DNA of 63,511 bases, counting the filler, from Octopus bimaculoides (Eukaryota), in NCBI RefSeq assembly GCF_001194135.2. It is 3 parts of 3 records of this genome, joined end to end, with 100 filler letters (N's around TTAATTAATTAA, not from the genome) between each part and the next. Parts side by side here need not be neighbours in the genome. Positions count along the whole stretch, not along the records: positions 38,708 to 63,511 come from NC_068983.1; 2 more parts are not named here. One strand, 5' to 3'. The translations under genes were made by a program, and so were the position numbers. The notes under the pieces were generated by a model. The model searched no databases. It was not told the origin of the DNA and saw nothing but the letters and a program-made list of their open reading frames with translations. Shown piece after piece: positions 51,181 to 63,511 of this stretch; the first letter of the stretch is position 1; each line of letters opens with the position of its first letter.

Positions 51181-52149
51181 GCTTTAGTTGCTTCATTTTC
51201 TTTAGTTTCTGACAAGTAAAAACTTGGAACAGATACCTCTTGCGACGCAAGCACGACTATGAAATATGAGGGACACTAGGGTGGCATATTCTTTCAACTT
51301 CATAGGGTAGAATAAATACGTTCAAGTATCTGTACCATTATCACTATCAACAGCCCTCAGCATCCGACTTGTGTGTGTATGTGTGTGTACATGTGCGCAC
51401 GCGCTCTTCATCTACACAAACTAAAATACACACGCTCACGGTTCACATTACAAGAGCCATAAAACAACTGCCTATACTGTAAGACAATATGCACCAAGTA
51501 TTCCTACTCTGTAGCATTGTGCCCTTCTTATGGGTTAATACAATGACCTGATTGAAATTGTCTCAATCAACACAAAAAGAAACCCCAAACACACACACAC
51601 TTCTCTACTATTCGAGAGATTCTACAACCCAACTTAATAAAGAGAAAGAGAACTCATTAAGTATAATCTAGCAGTGCATAATAAATTTCAGTGCTGGCCA
51701 CTGGCATCATTGTATTGTGACAAATTTGCGGAGGTAAACACATACCAACATGAGCATAAAGCGACATAAACAATGTCACCGTCTTACGTCAGCCATCTCA
51801 CAAATTAGAAGTCCTATACAACATAGCTAGACAGACCCAATAAAGAAAATTAAAAAGAAGCGATGGTAAATACATACATATAGCCGCTAGCATGTTTGTG
51901 ATTAAGAAGTTCGCTTAACAACTATGTGGTATTGAGTTCGATCCCACTGCGTGGCGCCTTAAGGAAGTGTCTTACTTTTCGCTTCGCGTTGACAAACACT
52001 ATGCTAGTGGAATTTACTAAACGGAAACTGCAAAAACCGATCACACTCACATACTCATACATGCTATATACATATATATCAAAAGTAAGCCAGGAGAGAT
52101 AAGTCAGTGGCCAGTAGCATGAATTTGAACGGGAAAGGCGAAGAAAGGT

Positions 52150-52480
52150 ATATCAAATACCATCAATTCCTCTTCTTCACCCTCTCTAGGAGGGTTCTGG
52201 AGGTAGAGTCCTCGGGTACCTCCTCCATAAGGTCCCATCGGTAGCAACTGTCGTTAACTTCCCAGCTGTGTTCTCAAGCGTGACCAACTGAAACTATGGA
52301 TATTATCCCACCACCTCGTTCTTGGTCTACCCTAAGTCTTCTGCTGGGTCGTTCAGCGTGAAGACTGTCTTGTAATCCTTTCCTGCGACATTCTCACTAC
52401 ATGTCTGTAGTACCGGATCCATGGCCTTCCAATGTGAAGCAGTAGTTACTTGACCTTTGGCGGAATCCCATTTCGGCCAC
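52150..52480 (-). mobile_element. RTE-clade (Expander/Rex3-like) LINE 3' end
   Basis: GRPRTRWWDNIHSFSWSRL (GRPRTRWWDNI at 52299-52331) then VATDGTLWRRYPRTLPPEP; resembles the Expander/Rex3 C-terminus GRPRTRWRDY...VW..LL.LLPPRP. Confidence 0.65.
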
Positions 52481-52912
52481 TTTTATTCGCGGTTGTTATC
52501 TAACATTCTTGATCATAGGTGAGAATAGGAGAGGCACGAAAACTGAATTAATGATAGCGAGTTTGGCTTTTTCTACCAACCTCATTATACAAGATAAATT
52601 CTTAGTTTACCGAAATTATCTTCTGAGTCAATAAAAAGGTACCGACTTCAGCTATATCTAAATTGTTATATAATGTTAAGATTTCGAATTTAACAGTTAC
52701 ACTTATTTTTTATTGTTTTATACATTAGAAATTATCAAAACACGGTGGTGCATCAGCATGGCCGCAGCTCTGAGCTGAAACTTTGAAATGAAATGAAATC
52801 AGATAAGAGTTTTATGAAGGAGGATCTTGTAAAAGCTAATCTGTTTCTCAGAACGAGATGTTAGTAAATTCCGATCATGATTTTTTTTCTTGTAACCCCC
52901 TTTTCTATAGAT

Positions 52913-53171
52913 CAGTGGTTTTCGACCAGGGTCCATATGGCCCTTCGGGGCTCATATATGACTTTGTTGTTAAAATTTATGTGCAATAAATTGCTTGTAC
53001 TTCTACAATGCACAAAATATTTCAACAATTCTTTTATGCAATTCCTAATAATATTTTATTACAAAAATACAGTAGAATTCTTTTATGTACATTGAATGGC
53101 TATGGCGGTTCGGTAGAGTAAAAAAAGGAATCAAAGGGGTCCAAAAGCCAAAAAATGGTTGAGAACCACTG
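52913..53171. mobile_element. hAT-Charlie-like MITE (related partial copies at ~17488-17727 and ~3525-3725)
   Basis: CAGTGGTT...AACCACTG termini; 8-bp TSD ctatagat/ctataaat (7/8); internal sequence shared with the other two copies. Confidence 0.8.
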
Positions 53172-53231
53172 CTATAAATAAATGTTTTCTTCCAGTTCTA
53201 TATTTAAGAGATGAGGAATTATGTACATTAT

Positions 53232-53514
53232 ATTATTTACAATTGACGGATATTTGTCCTCATCTTGTTTGTTGCCCATGGGCATATGGCGCAGTGGTTA
53301 AGAGCGCGGGCTACTAATCACAAGATTCCGAGTTCGATTCCAGACAGTGACCTAAATAATAATAACAACAACAATATCGAAAAATACCTTAGGAATGAGA
53401 ACCCAGGTTCGAAATTTCCCCAAGACACCTGATGAATGTGGGAGGGTATATCAGCCGAAACGTTGTGTTAACAACAAACAAGATGAGGACAAATATCCAT
53501 CAATTGTAAATAAT
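53232..53514 (+). mobile_element. tRNA-headed SINE-like element with a minimal hammerhead-ribozyme-like motif, flanked by a 43-bp inverted repeat
   Basis: Box A TGGCGCAGTGG (53287-53297), box B GTTCGATTCC (53332-53341), CTGATGA (53429-53435)...GAAAC-GTT (53457-53464); 53232-53274 is the reverse complement of 53472-53514 with 1 mismatch. Confidence 0.75.
53424..53469 (+). ncRNA. Minimal type I hammerhead ribozyme-like motif (stem II degenerate in this copy)
   Basis: Stem I GACAC/GTGTT, core CUGAUGA and GAAA, palindromic AACGTT stem III, GUU triplet. Confidence 0.6.
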
Positions 53515-55559
53515 GTAAATGTTTTCTTTTTCTGTATATTCTGCGAAGGTAAACTTTCCAGTCTTTTACGATATAATTGTATTTCGTTTACTGTTATCTT
53601 TCTTGCTACATTCACTCAAATTTTATATTCAAACAATGCTTTAATCTCGAAAAGGAAGATTTATGTATCTAATTGAATTTATCTCTTTTAAATCTAAAAT
53701 GTTTATTTGTTAAGTTGCTTTAGGTGTTCAATCTTCAAGTTAATTTTTGATGTACTTTAGATTTTTGAAATCGTAAACAAACATGTTCCTGATTTTCTTT
53801 TATTGTATTTTGATAGTGTATTTCTTTTATAGCTTGTTTCTTTGTAGCCTTTTGATAAAAAAAAAAAAACAGCTTCATTTTAGAATTCGATACGAGTTGT
53901 CTTTAGCTTAATTGTTTGTAACTCGTTTTGAATACATACTTTAAAAAGCTACAAGGGTATAGCTATATCCTTTAAACCAAGAGTCCCCGACCACTAGACC
54001 GTGAATTATTTGCTACCGGGCCGCAAAAAAATGAGTGTATTTTGAAATTGCATTTCTATCCCAACCACCTGGTTCCGGATTACGTTCGACTGCGCAGCAC
54101 CTTGGTTAAGTNNNNNNNNNNNNNNNNNNNNNNNNNNNNNNNNNNNNNNNNNNNNNNNNNNNNNNNNNNNNNNNNNNNNNNNNNNNNNNNNNNNNNNNNN
54201 NNNNNNNNNNNNNNNNNNNNNNNNNNNNNNNNNNNNNNNNNNNNNNNNNNNNNNNNNNNNNNNNNNNNNNNNNNNNNNNNNNNNNNNNNNNNNNNNNNNN
54301 NNNNNNNNNNNNNNNNNNNNNNNNNNNNNNNNNNNNNNNNNNNNNNNNNNNNNNNNNNNNNNNNNNNNNNNNNNNNNNNNNNNNNNNNNNNNNNNNNNNN
54401 NNNNNNNNNNNNNNNNNNNNNNNNNNNNNNNNNNNNNNNNNNNNNNNNNNNNNNNNNNNNNNNNNNNNNNNNNNNNNNNNNNNNNNNNNNNNNNNNNNNN
54501 NNNNNNNNNNNNNNNNNNNNNNNNNNNNNNNNNNNNNNNNNNNNNNNNNNNNNNNNNNNNNNNNNNNNNNNNNNNNNNNNNNNNNNNNNNNNNNNNNNNN
54601 NNNNNNNNNNNNNNNNNNNNNNNNNNNNNNNNNNNNNNNNNNNNNNNNNNNNNNNNNNNNNNNNNNNNNNNNNNNNNNNNNNNNNNNNNNNNNNNNNNNN
54701 NNNNNNNNNNNNNNNNNNNNNNNNNNNNNNNNNNNNNNNNNNNNNNNNNNNNNNNNNNNNNNNNNNNNNNNNNNNNNNNNNNNNNNNNNNNNNNNNNNNN
54801 NNNNNTATATATGTATATATATATATATAAATTCAAATTACGATGAATGTAAACAAACAAACGAAGTTTGCTTTAGAAGCGTTGAGATGTCTTAGAAAGT
54901 TAAAGAAGTTATTTTAGATTCTCAAACGCAGGATAATGCTAATAATATAGCCCTATTTTGCAGAAAAAGTGTTGGCGGCCGGTTATGAGACTCGAACTCA
55001 CACCTCTGTGATTACGCGTCGCAGTGCTCTAAACCATTAAGCTAAACCGCTCTCGGAATTCTCGAAGTACTCATAAAGCTATAAATAATAGCTTGTGAAT
55101 ATTGGACTGGAAAATCTTTTTGGATAGTAAATGTCAAGGATTGCCATTATTTACAGCCTTATGTGTTTACTTTGAGAATTCCAAAGAATTATTCCACGTT
55201 CTCTCAAATGGTTGTCAAATTCTTAAGTCAATGACATGTGTGCGCGCGCACGGAATTACACTGCAGTGGAGACCTCTGATCACGCTAATTATTGACCTAT
55301 CGCTCTCACTTCCACTATCTCAAAGATGATGGAGACAGTTATTAACAATCACTTTCTCCTACTTCTTTGACTACTTCTCCCTCTTTAATAACTAACAGTA
55401 CAGCTTCCTTGAAAACAACTCTGCTGGAGACTTTCTCCAGCAGAGTTGTTGCATTTGTCACCAGCGAAGTATCTCAAACGTGCTTGCCATGAAAACCTTC
55501 GAACTAAACTGCCTACCTAATGGACTCCATAGTTTCTTGGAGTGGATACCGTCAGATCG

Positions 55560-55850
55560 TACCATCGCAACGTGTACCGAAGGAGAGATCTCTCTGACAT
55601 CCACTATTAACTCTAATGATACCCAAAGTTTAGTTGTGTTCCTTGCTCTTTCTCCTATACATCAACAACCTGCTTTTCATCACTTCCAACGAAACCCACT
55701 ATTACGCAATTCAGCCTCGTCTTTCGCACCCGAGTGCTATTCACACATAACCAAGACACATTATATTAAATGTACACTGACTATGAACAGAAATCTTAAC
55801 AATTGTCTTTCAGTGAGATCGTATCAATCTTATTTCCTTTAATAGTACAA
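55560..55850 (+). mobile_element. Possible LINE 3' remnant (clade unresolved)
   Basis: Weak resemblance to non-LTR ORF2 C-termini; no diagnostic motif intact. Confidence 0.3.
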
Positions 55851-57211
55851 AGACTATCACTCACACATCGATAAAACAGCATTGTAGCTTACCCCGTTAT
55901 AAACATGACCCACACGAACCTAGATCCCTCAACGCTGATACAGCTGCTAGGCCTCACCATTACTGTGGATCTCTCCTAATGACTTTTCATCCTCATTATA
56001 GCTAAAACTGCATTAGAAAGAATGAACTCTCTCCCCCACTTCAGAACCAAAAATTACTACGGACCCTTTAGAGAGATCAAGTGCATGTATGTGTGCTGTT
56101 ACCACATATACATACTTCATCTTCTGTCAAACAGATATTTAATCTCTTTAAGGCGGCGAGCTGAGCTGGCAGAAACGTTAGCACGCTGGGCGAAATGCTT
56201 AGCGGTATTTCGTCTGCCGTTACGTTCTGAGTTCAAATTCCGCCGAGGTCGAATTTGCCTTTCATCCTTTCGGGGTCGATAAATTAAGTACCAGTTGTGT
56301 CGATCTAATCGACTANNNNNNNNNNNNNNNNNNNNNNNNNNNNNNNNNNNNNNNNNNNNNNNNNNNNNNNNNNNNNNNNNNNCCTTGTACCTAGAGTAGA
56401 AAAGATATCTAGTCTCTTTACACTGTCTTTATACTACTACACTGGTCTTTGCTTTATGGAGCCGACTGATCTCGCACGACCTCTATTAAGGCCTATCGTT
56501 TCTTTTACTCGTTTCAGTCATAAGACCACAGCCATGATGGGTTACCGCCTTGACTGGTTTAGGTCAGCAAATCGAGCCCATTACTTTTTTTCTTTTTAAT
56601 ACTAGTACTTATTCTAACGGTCTCTTGCCGAATCACTAAGTTAAGGGGAAGTAAAGAAACCAACGCGTTTGTCAAGTAGTCNNNNNNNNNNNNNNNGGGG
56701 GGGAGTAACTGAAAGACACACACACGTGTTCAACGGGTTTCCACATCAATTTCCGTCTAGTAAATTCACTCACAAGGCATTGGTCGGCCCGGAGCTATAG
56801 TAGAAGACACTTACCAAAGAGTTGCGCAGTAAGACTGAACCCGTCAGCATGTTATTGCAAGGCGAACTTCTTAACTGCACAGTCATGATGCCTGCGCCTT
56901 CTAGACTCACTCTACCTTCCTCCTCCTATCACTCATAGTTTTGGGAGCTTGCAAAGGTTGTGCATTACCCCTTCCACTAGATTGCTCATGGGCAACTTGT
57001 GGCCCGTGGGACTTTCTAAAGGAAAAATTACTTTACTTTTTTTAGACGTGCAACATGCCCGATGATAAACTTTGCCTCATGCGGCCCAATTCTTGAAAAT
57101 GGTTGCTCATGGATAAAGATCACTTAGAATTGAGAGGGACAGAGACAGAGAGAGACAGACAGACAGGGACAAAGAAAGAGAGAATTGCTAAGAAATAAGA
57201 ATTTTACTTAC

Positions 57212-57634
57212 GGTTCTTTCGTGCAGTTCATCTAAAGTTGGTCGAGACTTCATATTAGTCACGTGTGACAAAAGATCCCGATAGTTTTCAGCACGTGGTA
57301 AAGCTTCGTGCGTGTGTGTACCGATAGTTTGGCTGCTAAAATTAGAGTCAACCGACATACGGTGACCCTGAAATGCACTTTTCGGAGAAAGAAAATCATC
57401 TTCAATTATGGAAATTGATACTTTGCGATCACCATCGGAAATTCGGGAGGAATCACTAGACCGTCTTGATCTCTGGGCAGATTTTACAGGGGTTCCAACT
57501 GGGATCACTTGGAATCTTTCACGATTTAAGTTAAATGTTGATTGACCATTTGTGATGTTGCCCTCTTCGTCTTCGATTTCTTCCGGTACAGTATTGATTT
57601 CAATTTTAGGAATTTCTAGCCTCTTTTTATCCAT
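57212..57634 (-). CDS. SLC12A2: Na-K-2Cl cotransporter (SLC12A1/2/3 clade, NKCC1-like), first visible coding exon: cytoplasmic N-terminus
   Basis: Acceptor ttttgttttcag at 57637, ATG at 57634, donor ACC|gtaagt (phase 0); 141 codons. Contains RFQV (SPAK/OSR1 docking RFxV), QTIGTHTHEALPRAENYR (cf. NKCC1 TFGHNTMDAVPRIDHYR) and RPTLDELH (cf. RPSLAELH). Confidence 0.92.
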
Positions 57635-60600
57635 TTCTGAAAACAAAATTGACAGATTAAACTAGAAACCGTGTCTATATGGATAATAATGCACAACACA
57701 AAGCAAACGTTTAAAAAAAGGAGAGAGAGGAAACCCCTACATGACCATTCGATCTGCAAGAAACAACAGTCAAGTCTCTCAAATTACATCAGGTCATCTT
57801 TAAAAACAAATAAAGGTAAAATACATTGGATACTGTAGACCGAAGTGGACCGCGTCCAGAGAGAAAAAGCAGCGAAACGTTTTTTATCACAAGACTGCTT
57901 TGTTCGAGCTGATCCAGGGCTAAACAAGAAGATCAATAAGAAATCAATAATCCTGAGTACTATGCAGTGGAACACAGTGTCAAAGGATAGAGGCCACATT
58001 AATATGGACCAACTCTTCCCAGAAATAAAAATGGGTTTGCACAGGGCCAATACTTTTATATAGAAAAAAAAAGTGAAGTTTCAGAAGGATTGATGACAAT
58101 TCAAATCCTTCACGACAGATTGATTTTGAATCCAGAGTCAAGAACAGTTGAGGAAAGCTGTAGAAATCCTTTACCCCATAGGGAGCAAAGGGCTTAAGTA
58201 AGTAAATAAGTGATCATATATTTTAGTAAAAGTTTATTCGATCATAGCCAGTTTGAAGCTAAACAACAAAAGAGAATGTTACAATTTAAATGCATTTAAC
58301 CATAGTCTACCTTGGGTAACTGACCTGGGGCTATATGACAACAGTTTGTGGAAGTCATTGGTTTTTACAGAATTCAGAGATAATGAAATACAGTTGGTAT
58401 AATTTGATATATAAATCAAATGAATTTATTGAAATCAATCATCGATGATATTGGTTTATTTTTTCTTGCTGATTTCAGTCATTAGATTGTGGTTGTGTTG
58501 GAGCTTCGAGAGTACAATCTATTATGTCGGCTCCAATACAATCTAAAAGCCTAACGCGCGCTCGGCGTGCATGTCTGTATCCGCCTTTGTATTTAGGACT
58601 CACCGCTGAACAGCCTGTTTGGCAAAAAGAAATCGTTACAATAAGCACTAGACTTAAAATAAGTACTGGGGTTGATTTGACCGTCGTCCAAAAGAATAAA
58701 AAAAATTAAAAAAGACCTAACTATTCAACCAGGTATTCTTTTCCCCAATTCATTTAATCGAAGAATACTGATATGCATATTCAATAAACTGAGATAGTAA
58801 ATTTGTGTAAAGCTAAGCTGCTGAAAAACAAGGGGATTACAATACTACGTCTATTGACGTCAATCTCAGGACTCGAGGTTGTGTTATAAATTATCTATTT
58901 TCTCAAATATAACACTACCATATGCATATATAAACACAGACAATGTTGGTGTTCCAGTTCTTTACAAGTGCAAATAAGAAATATATATATTCATAAATAC
59001 TTGTACAAGGAATAATTACAAAAAAATGTCATCGTTATGCAAGTTTGATAGCAAATGAATTCTGCGTTGATCTGACGCATTGAAAGATTTTATAAAAGAA
59101 TGGAGTTCAAGAAAATCATTCGTCGTGGCATTTTCTTTATATTCTCATAATGCTATCGTAATGTATAAATTAATCCTCTTCTGGTCAGAAATGTTGTTTA
59201 CTCAAACAAGGGATTATCTTTCAGAATAACAACACGCCAATGTTCAAGGCAAACGAGTGAAAGCTCTATGGACTTCATACATGAGTGAAATTTAAAATCA
59301 TGCTACACATTTTAAATGCATCAGGCGTCCACAACTTCTTTTTACTTTTATTCAAAGTCATTCCTTTAAGTTTCATTACCACTTTTTAGCCATTCACAGA
59401 CATCATATAATGTACTTATCTTCTAAAGATCCTCACTAACGGTTAAACTAATGGAGACATTGTGAGCTGACAATGAAGTTGCAAATATTAAGGGGGAGCT
59501 GAGTGTTCAGGGGAGGTCAGGATTTTTTCCTAAGAATGCAGTGTTGAAACCAAGTATAATGCTTATATTTTCAACACATTAAAAAAAAGTTTGTTTGGTT
59601 TAGATATCAATCGGGCGTGTGTTATCAGTGAACAGAAAACACAACTAATGACGGGCCTGTATATAAATCCTCACCTTATCCAAAAAGATGCACATGTTGC
59701 AAGAGATAGTTCAAGAACATATCAAAAACAAACCAGTGCGCAAAATAAGCTTCTATTTGGCCCAAATTAATCTTTCTTTGTTGTGGGGGTTTTTAAACAT
59801 GCAAAGGATGAAAGATTTTGAAAACGCTATTTTTGAAATGGGGCGCTGAGCTATTTTTGAAATGGGGCCCTGAGCTATTTTTGAAGAAATAGGACGCTAA
59901 AGAGTTCCAGTAAGACTGAAAGTATAATACCGTGGATCACACTCCCTCCCCATTGCATTCCATATATTTTTATTAAAAATTTCAGGGTTGTTTCTCCTGT
60001 TTAGTTTCACATGAATTCGCCATCTTGATAATCTGTTTTGGAGTTGTATTCTCACTCAATTAAATTTTCTTGTACTATATAAAATACGTTAGTGTCCACT
60101 TTACTATTGCGTTTTCTTGCAATAGGTGTCCTCGGGTCTTAAGTTATAACACTACTGTTCTTTCACTAAAAAAAAAAAAAACCCTACACACTTGCTGAGT
60201 AAAACGTCTAAGCCATGGGTCAAGAAAAAGGATTTGTGCAACATCTGAGAACAATATCATTTGTCGAATTTAGATTAGCGTGTAGGTAGATTAGGCCTAC
60301 AGATTTAAACCGAAAGATAATCTTCACTTAACACTATTAAATTTTTGAATGCCAAATTTATATGAATAGAAACTAAATATGCTGAAAGAAATCTTAGGTA
60401 TATTGACATTAATCTGTCAAACAACGTAATAGCCTCTACATGGTTGCTCAACCTGCTAGAAATACCAGTCGAATCTCTTTCAAGTTCATCTGTCTTTTAA
60501 AACAAAACTGGCGGCAGGACCCATTGGATGATGTAGTTTGGGGTAAAGTAGGTCGACCAAAAAATCTGGGATGATCATGGCTTAAATGCCTTCGATTCAG

Positions 60601-61370
60601 ACATACTTGAAGTTAAAAAAAAACAGCAACAAAAAATAAACAAACATTACTTCCAAATGAGCATTCATTTCAAAAAATTTAACCGATTATGTTGAAAACT
60701 AATTAGCATTAAACTCTTTACTCTCTTTTACTCTTTTACTTGTTTCAGTCATTTGACTGTGGCCATGCTGGAGCACCGCCTTTAGCCGAGCAAATCGACC
60801 CCAGGACTTATTCTTTGTAAGCCTAGTACTTATTCTATCGGTCTCTTTTGCAGAACCGCTAAGTTACGGGGACGTAAGCACACCAGCATCGGTTGTCAAG
60901 TGATGTTGGGGGGACAAACACAGACACGCACACATACATATATATGTATATACATATATNNNNNNNNNNNNNNNNNNNNNNNNNNNNNNNNNNNNNNNNN
61001 NNNNNNNNNNNNNNNNNNNNNNNNNNNNNNNNNNNNNNNNNNNNNNNNNNNNNNNNNNNNNNNNNNNNNNNNNNNNNNNNNNNNNNNNNNNNNNNNNNNN
61101 NNNNNNNNNNNNNNNNNNNNNNNNNNNNNNNNNNNNNNNNNNNNNNNNNNNNNNNNNNNNNNNNNNNNNNNNNNNNNNNNNNNNNNNNNNNNNNNNNNNN
61201 NNNNNNNNNNNNNNNNNNNNNNNNNNNNNNNNNNNNNNNNNNNNNNNNNNNAAATCGACCCTAGTACTTATGTCTTTATAAAGCCTGGTACTTATTCTAT
61301 CGGCCTATTTAGCCGAGCCGCTAAGGTACGGGGGTGTAAACACACCAACACCGGTTATCAAGTGGTGCTG

Positions 61371-61407
<37 letters not shown>

Positions 61408-63336
61408 TATTATTGTTATTATGTAAAAGTGTCATAAGTCCAAAACGTTACTTTTTCTGAAGCAAAACAGTTGTACTACACTGACAATTTTTGTATCTTG
61501 GCATCTGAAGCAGCTGGAGATACGATAGTTTGACCAAATGAACCAGCTTTTGCAAGAAAAAATAAATATTTCAAAAAACGCATTTAACTAAATTTAAACA
61601 TATGACAGCTTAACATAATAGCAATGGTATATATATATATATATAAATATATATCAACGGGCTTCTTTCAGTTTCCGTCCACCAAATCCACTCATAAAAC
61701 TTTGGTCGGCCCGAGGCTATAATAGAAGATACTTGCCCAAGGTATCACACAGTGAAACTGAACCCGGAACAATGTGGTTAGGAAGCAAACTTCTTACTAC
61801 ACAGCCACACTTGCGCATGTATGTTAGTAATACTTATTTCGAAATACGTACCGCTTCTCTTTAAGCGATTTATTTATTGAAAATAATTCAGTTTCTTGTT
61901 TTTGTTGTTTTTTTTTTTTACTTGTTTCAGCTATACAACTGCAGCCATGCTGTGGCTTACCTTGATGGGTTAAGTTTGATATTTATTCGATCGCTCTCTT
62001 TTGCCGAACCGCAAGCGGTGGGTAGGGGACAAACACAAAGAAACACACATACATATAGATATACGATGAGTTTCCATACAGTTTCCCTCAACAAAATACA
62101 TTTAAAAGGCATTGGTTGGCCCGGGTCTATAGTAGGAAACACTAGCTCAAAGTGAGACTGAACCCGAAACCACGTGGTTCCAGCGCTAGCTCCTTAATCA
62201 CAAAGCCGTGCCCTTGCCGCGAAGAAAAGTCTAATATTTCGGACACTAATCCTTTTTCAAACAGATGCGTAGAGAGAGAGACAGACAGACAGAGAAAAGA
62301 GAAATTATATATGTTTATGTTGCCAAATGGATTAGAAGAGGAGGTAACCTCTTTACAGTCCAAGTTAATAGAGAATATAGACGTCAAGCAGTTAACAAAA
62401 CTCTTAACTTCTTAAAGTACAAAGTAAACATTTCTAATTAGCAAACTGATCGGTAAAATAGTTACACCTGTTATTTGCAGTAGTAATTAACTAGCTGTCA
62501 TTAATTGAAGATGAATAGCTTAAATGTCTGCACTAAATGTAAATGTAAGTATAAGAATACATATCTTTTACTTGTTTTAGTCATTGGATTGCGGCCATAC
62601 TAGGGCACCGCCATGAAGAGTTTAGTCCAAGAAATCAACCCCAATTTTTATTTTTGTCTTTAAGTCTGGTACTTGTTCTAGCGGTCTCTTTTGCCGAACC
62701 GATATATTACTGTGACGTAAACAAGCCAGCACCGGTTTTAGGGAGGGGTGACAAACACACACACACATACACCAGACATACACACACACACATACACCAC
62801 ACACACACACAACGACAGACTTCCACAAAGCTTCTGTCAACAAATTCAATCGCAAGGCACCTAAAACTATCCTCTTGTCTCTAGAAAAAATAGGCCTCAC
62901 TTCCAAAGGTTTCTGGGTTCTTGGAGTTTTTCTCATCGGAGCCGGTTATAGTTCTCACTGGGTGTTTGTTTAACTTCTCTCGAAGCGAAGTTATTTGAAT
63001 AAATCAACAGTTAGTCTTAAACAGTCTTGAATCTACGACGAAAATCATCATAAAGAGGATGTGTTGTCAAAATCGGCAGAGCGACGAAGAAAATGTCTTG
63101 TGGCTTTTAACAAGATGAACTGGGTATAACTGTGGTCGATAGAAAGTTATGGTGAAAGAGTACAGCAGGGTTCGCCACCATCCCCTGCCGGAACCTCGTG
63201 GAGCTTTAGGTGTTTTCGCTCAATAAACACTCACAACGCCCGGTCTGGGAATCGAAACTGCGACCCTATAACCGCGAGTCCGCTGCCCTAATCACTGGGC
63301 CATTGCGCCTCCACATACCATTAGTAGAAAATATTT

Positions 63337-63370
<34 letters not shown>

Positions 63371-63511
63371 TTTGCTTTATTCAGCCCGCCCACATGTCTC
63401 AGTTATCAGATACTATTATATAACGGATGTGGTTGCTTTAACTAATTAATAATATATCTGAAGATCCGTAAATATCTATAAGAGTTTACATAAATATTGA
63501 TTCCAAATTTT

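Noticed and set aside
54975-55050. tRNA gene on the minus strand
   Set aside because: Has A/B-box-like sequence but no clean acceptor or anticodon stems; better explained as a tRNA-derived SINE head.
12551-59885. Short tandem arrays (8-bp at 12551-12606, 20-bp at ~46150-46210, 24-bp at ~59826-59885, ~87-bp at ~1725-1890) as CRISPR-like arrays
   Set aside because: No unique spacers, no cas genes, eukaryotic context; ordinary slippage duplications.
62310-62415. Coiled-coil-like peptide PNGLEEEVTSLQSKLIENIDVKQLTKLLTS
   Set aside because: Short, no splice acceptor, and the ORF begins within a SINE remnant.

Overview
AT-rich, microsatellite- and SINE-dense eukaryotic draft-assembly DNA. The repeat families and composition suggest an octopus/cephalopod genome (inference). 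The only protein-coding gene I can support is a minus-strand SLC12 Na-K-2Cl cotransporter (NKCC1/SLC12A2-like). I reconstructed ten consecutive in-phase GT-AG exons between 57634 and 40695 (1648 nt, about 549 codons; N-terminus through about TM9). The remaining exons are not visible below 40695, and an artificial 100-bp contig join sits at 38608-38707. The rest of the window is intron or intergenic sequence: several tRNA-derived SINE families, MITEs (piggyBac, hAT, Tigger/pogo, mariner), decayed non-LTR retrotransposons (R4/Dong-like, CR1-like, RTE, I/Jockey-like) and Penelope-like (PLE) pieces. The most unusual signal is a set of minimal hammerhead-ribozyme-like motifs in short repeats. The best copy is a tRNA-headed (Pol III box A/B) element flanked by a 43-bp inverted repeat (53232-53514), a candidate PLE-mobilised ribozyme SINE. 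All translations and alignments were done by eye; repeat boundaries are approximate unless a TSD or TIR is quoted.
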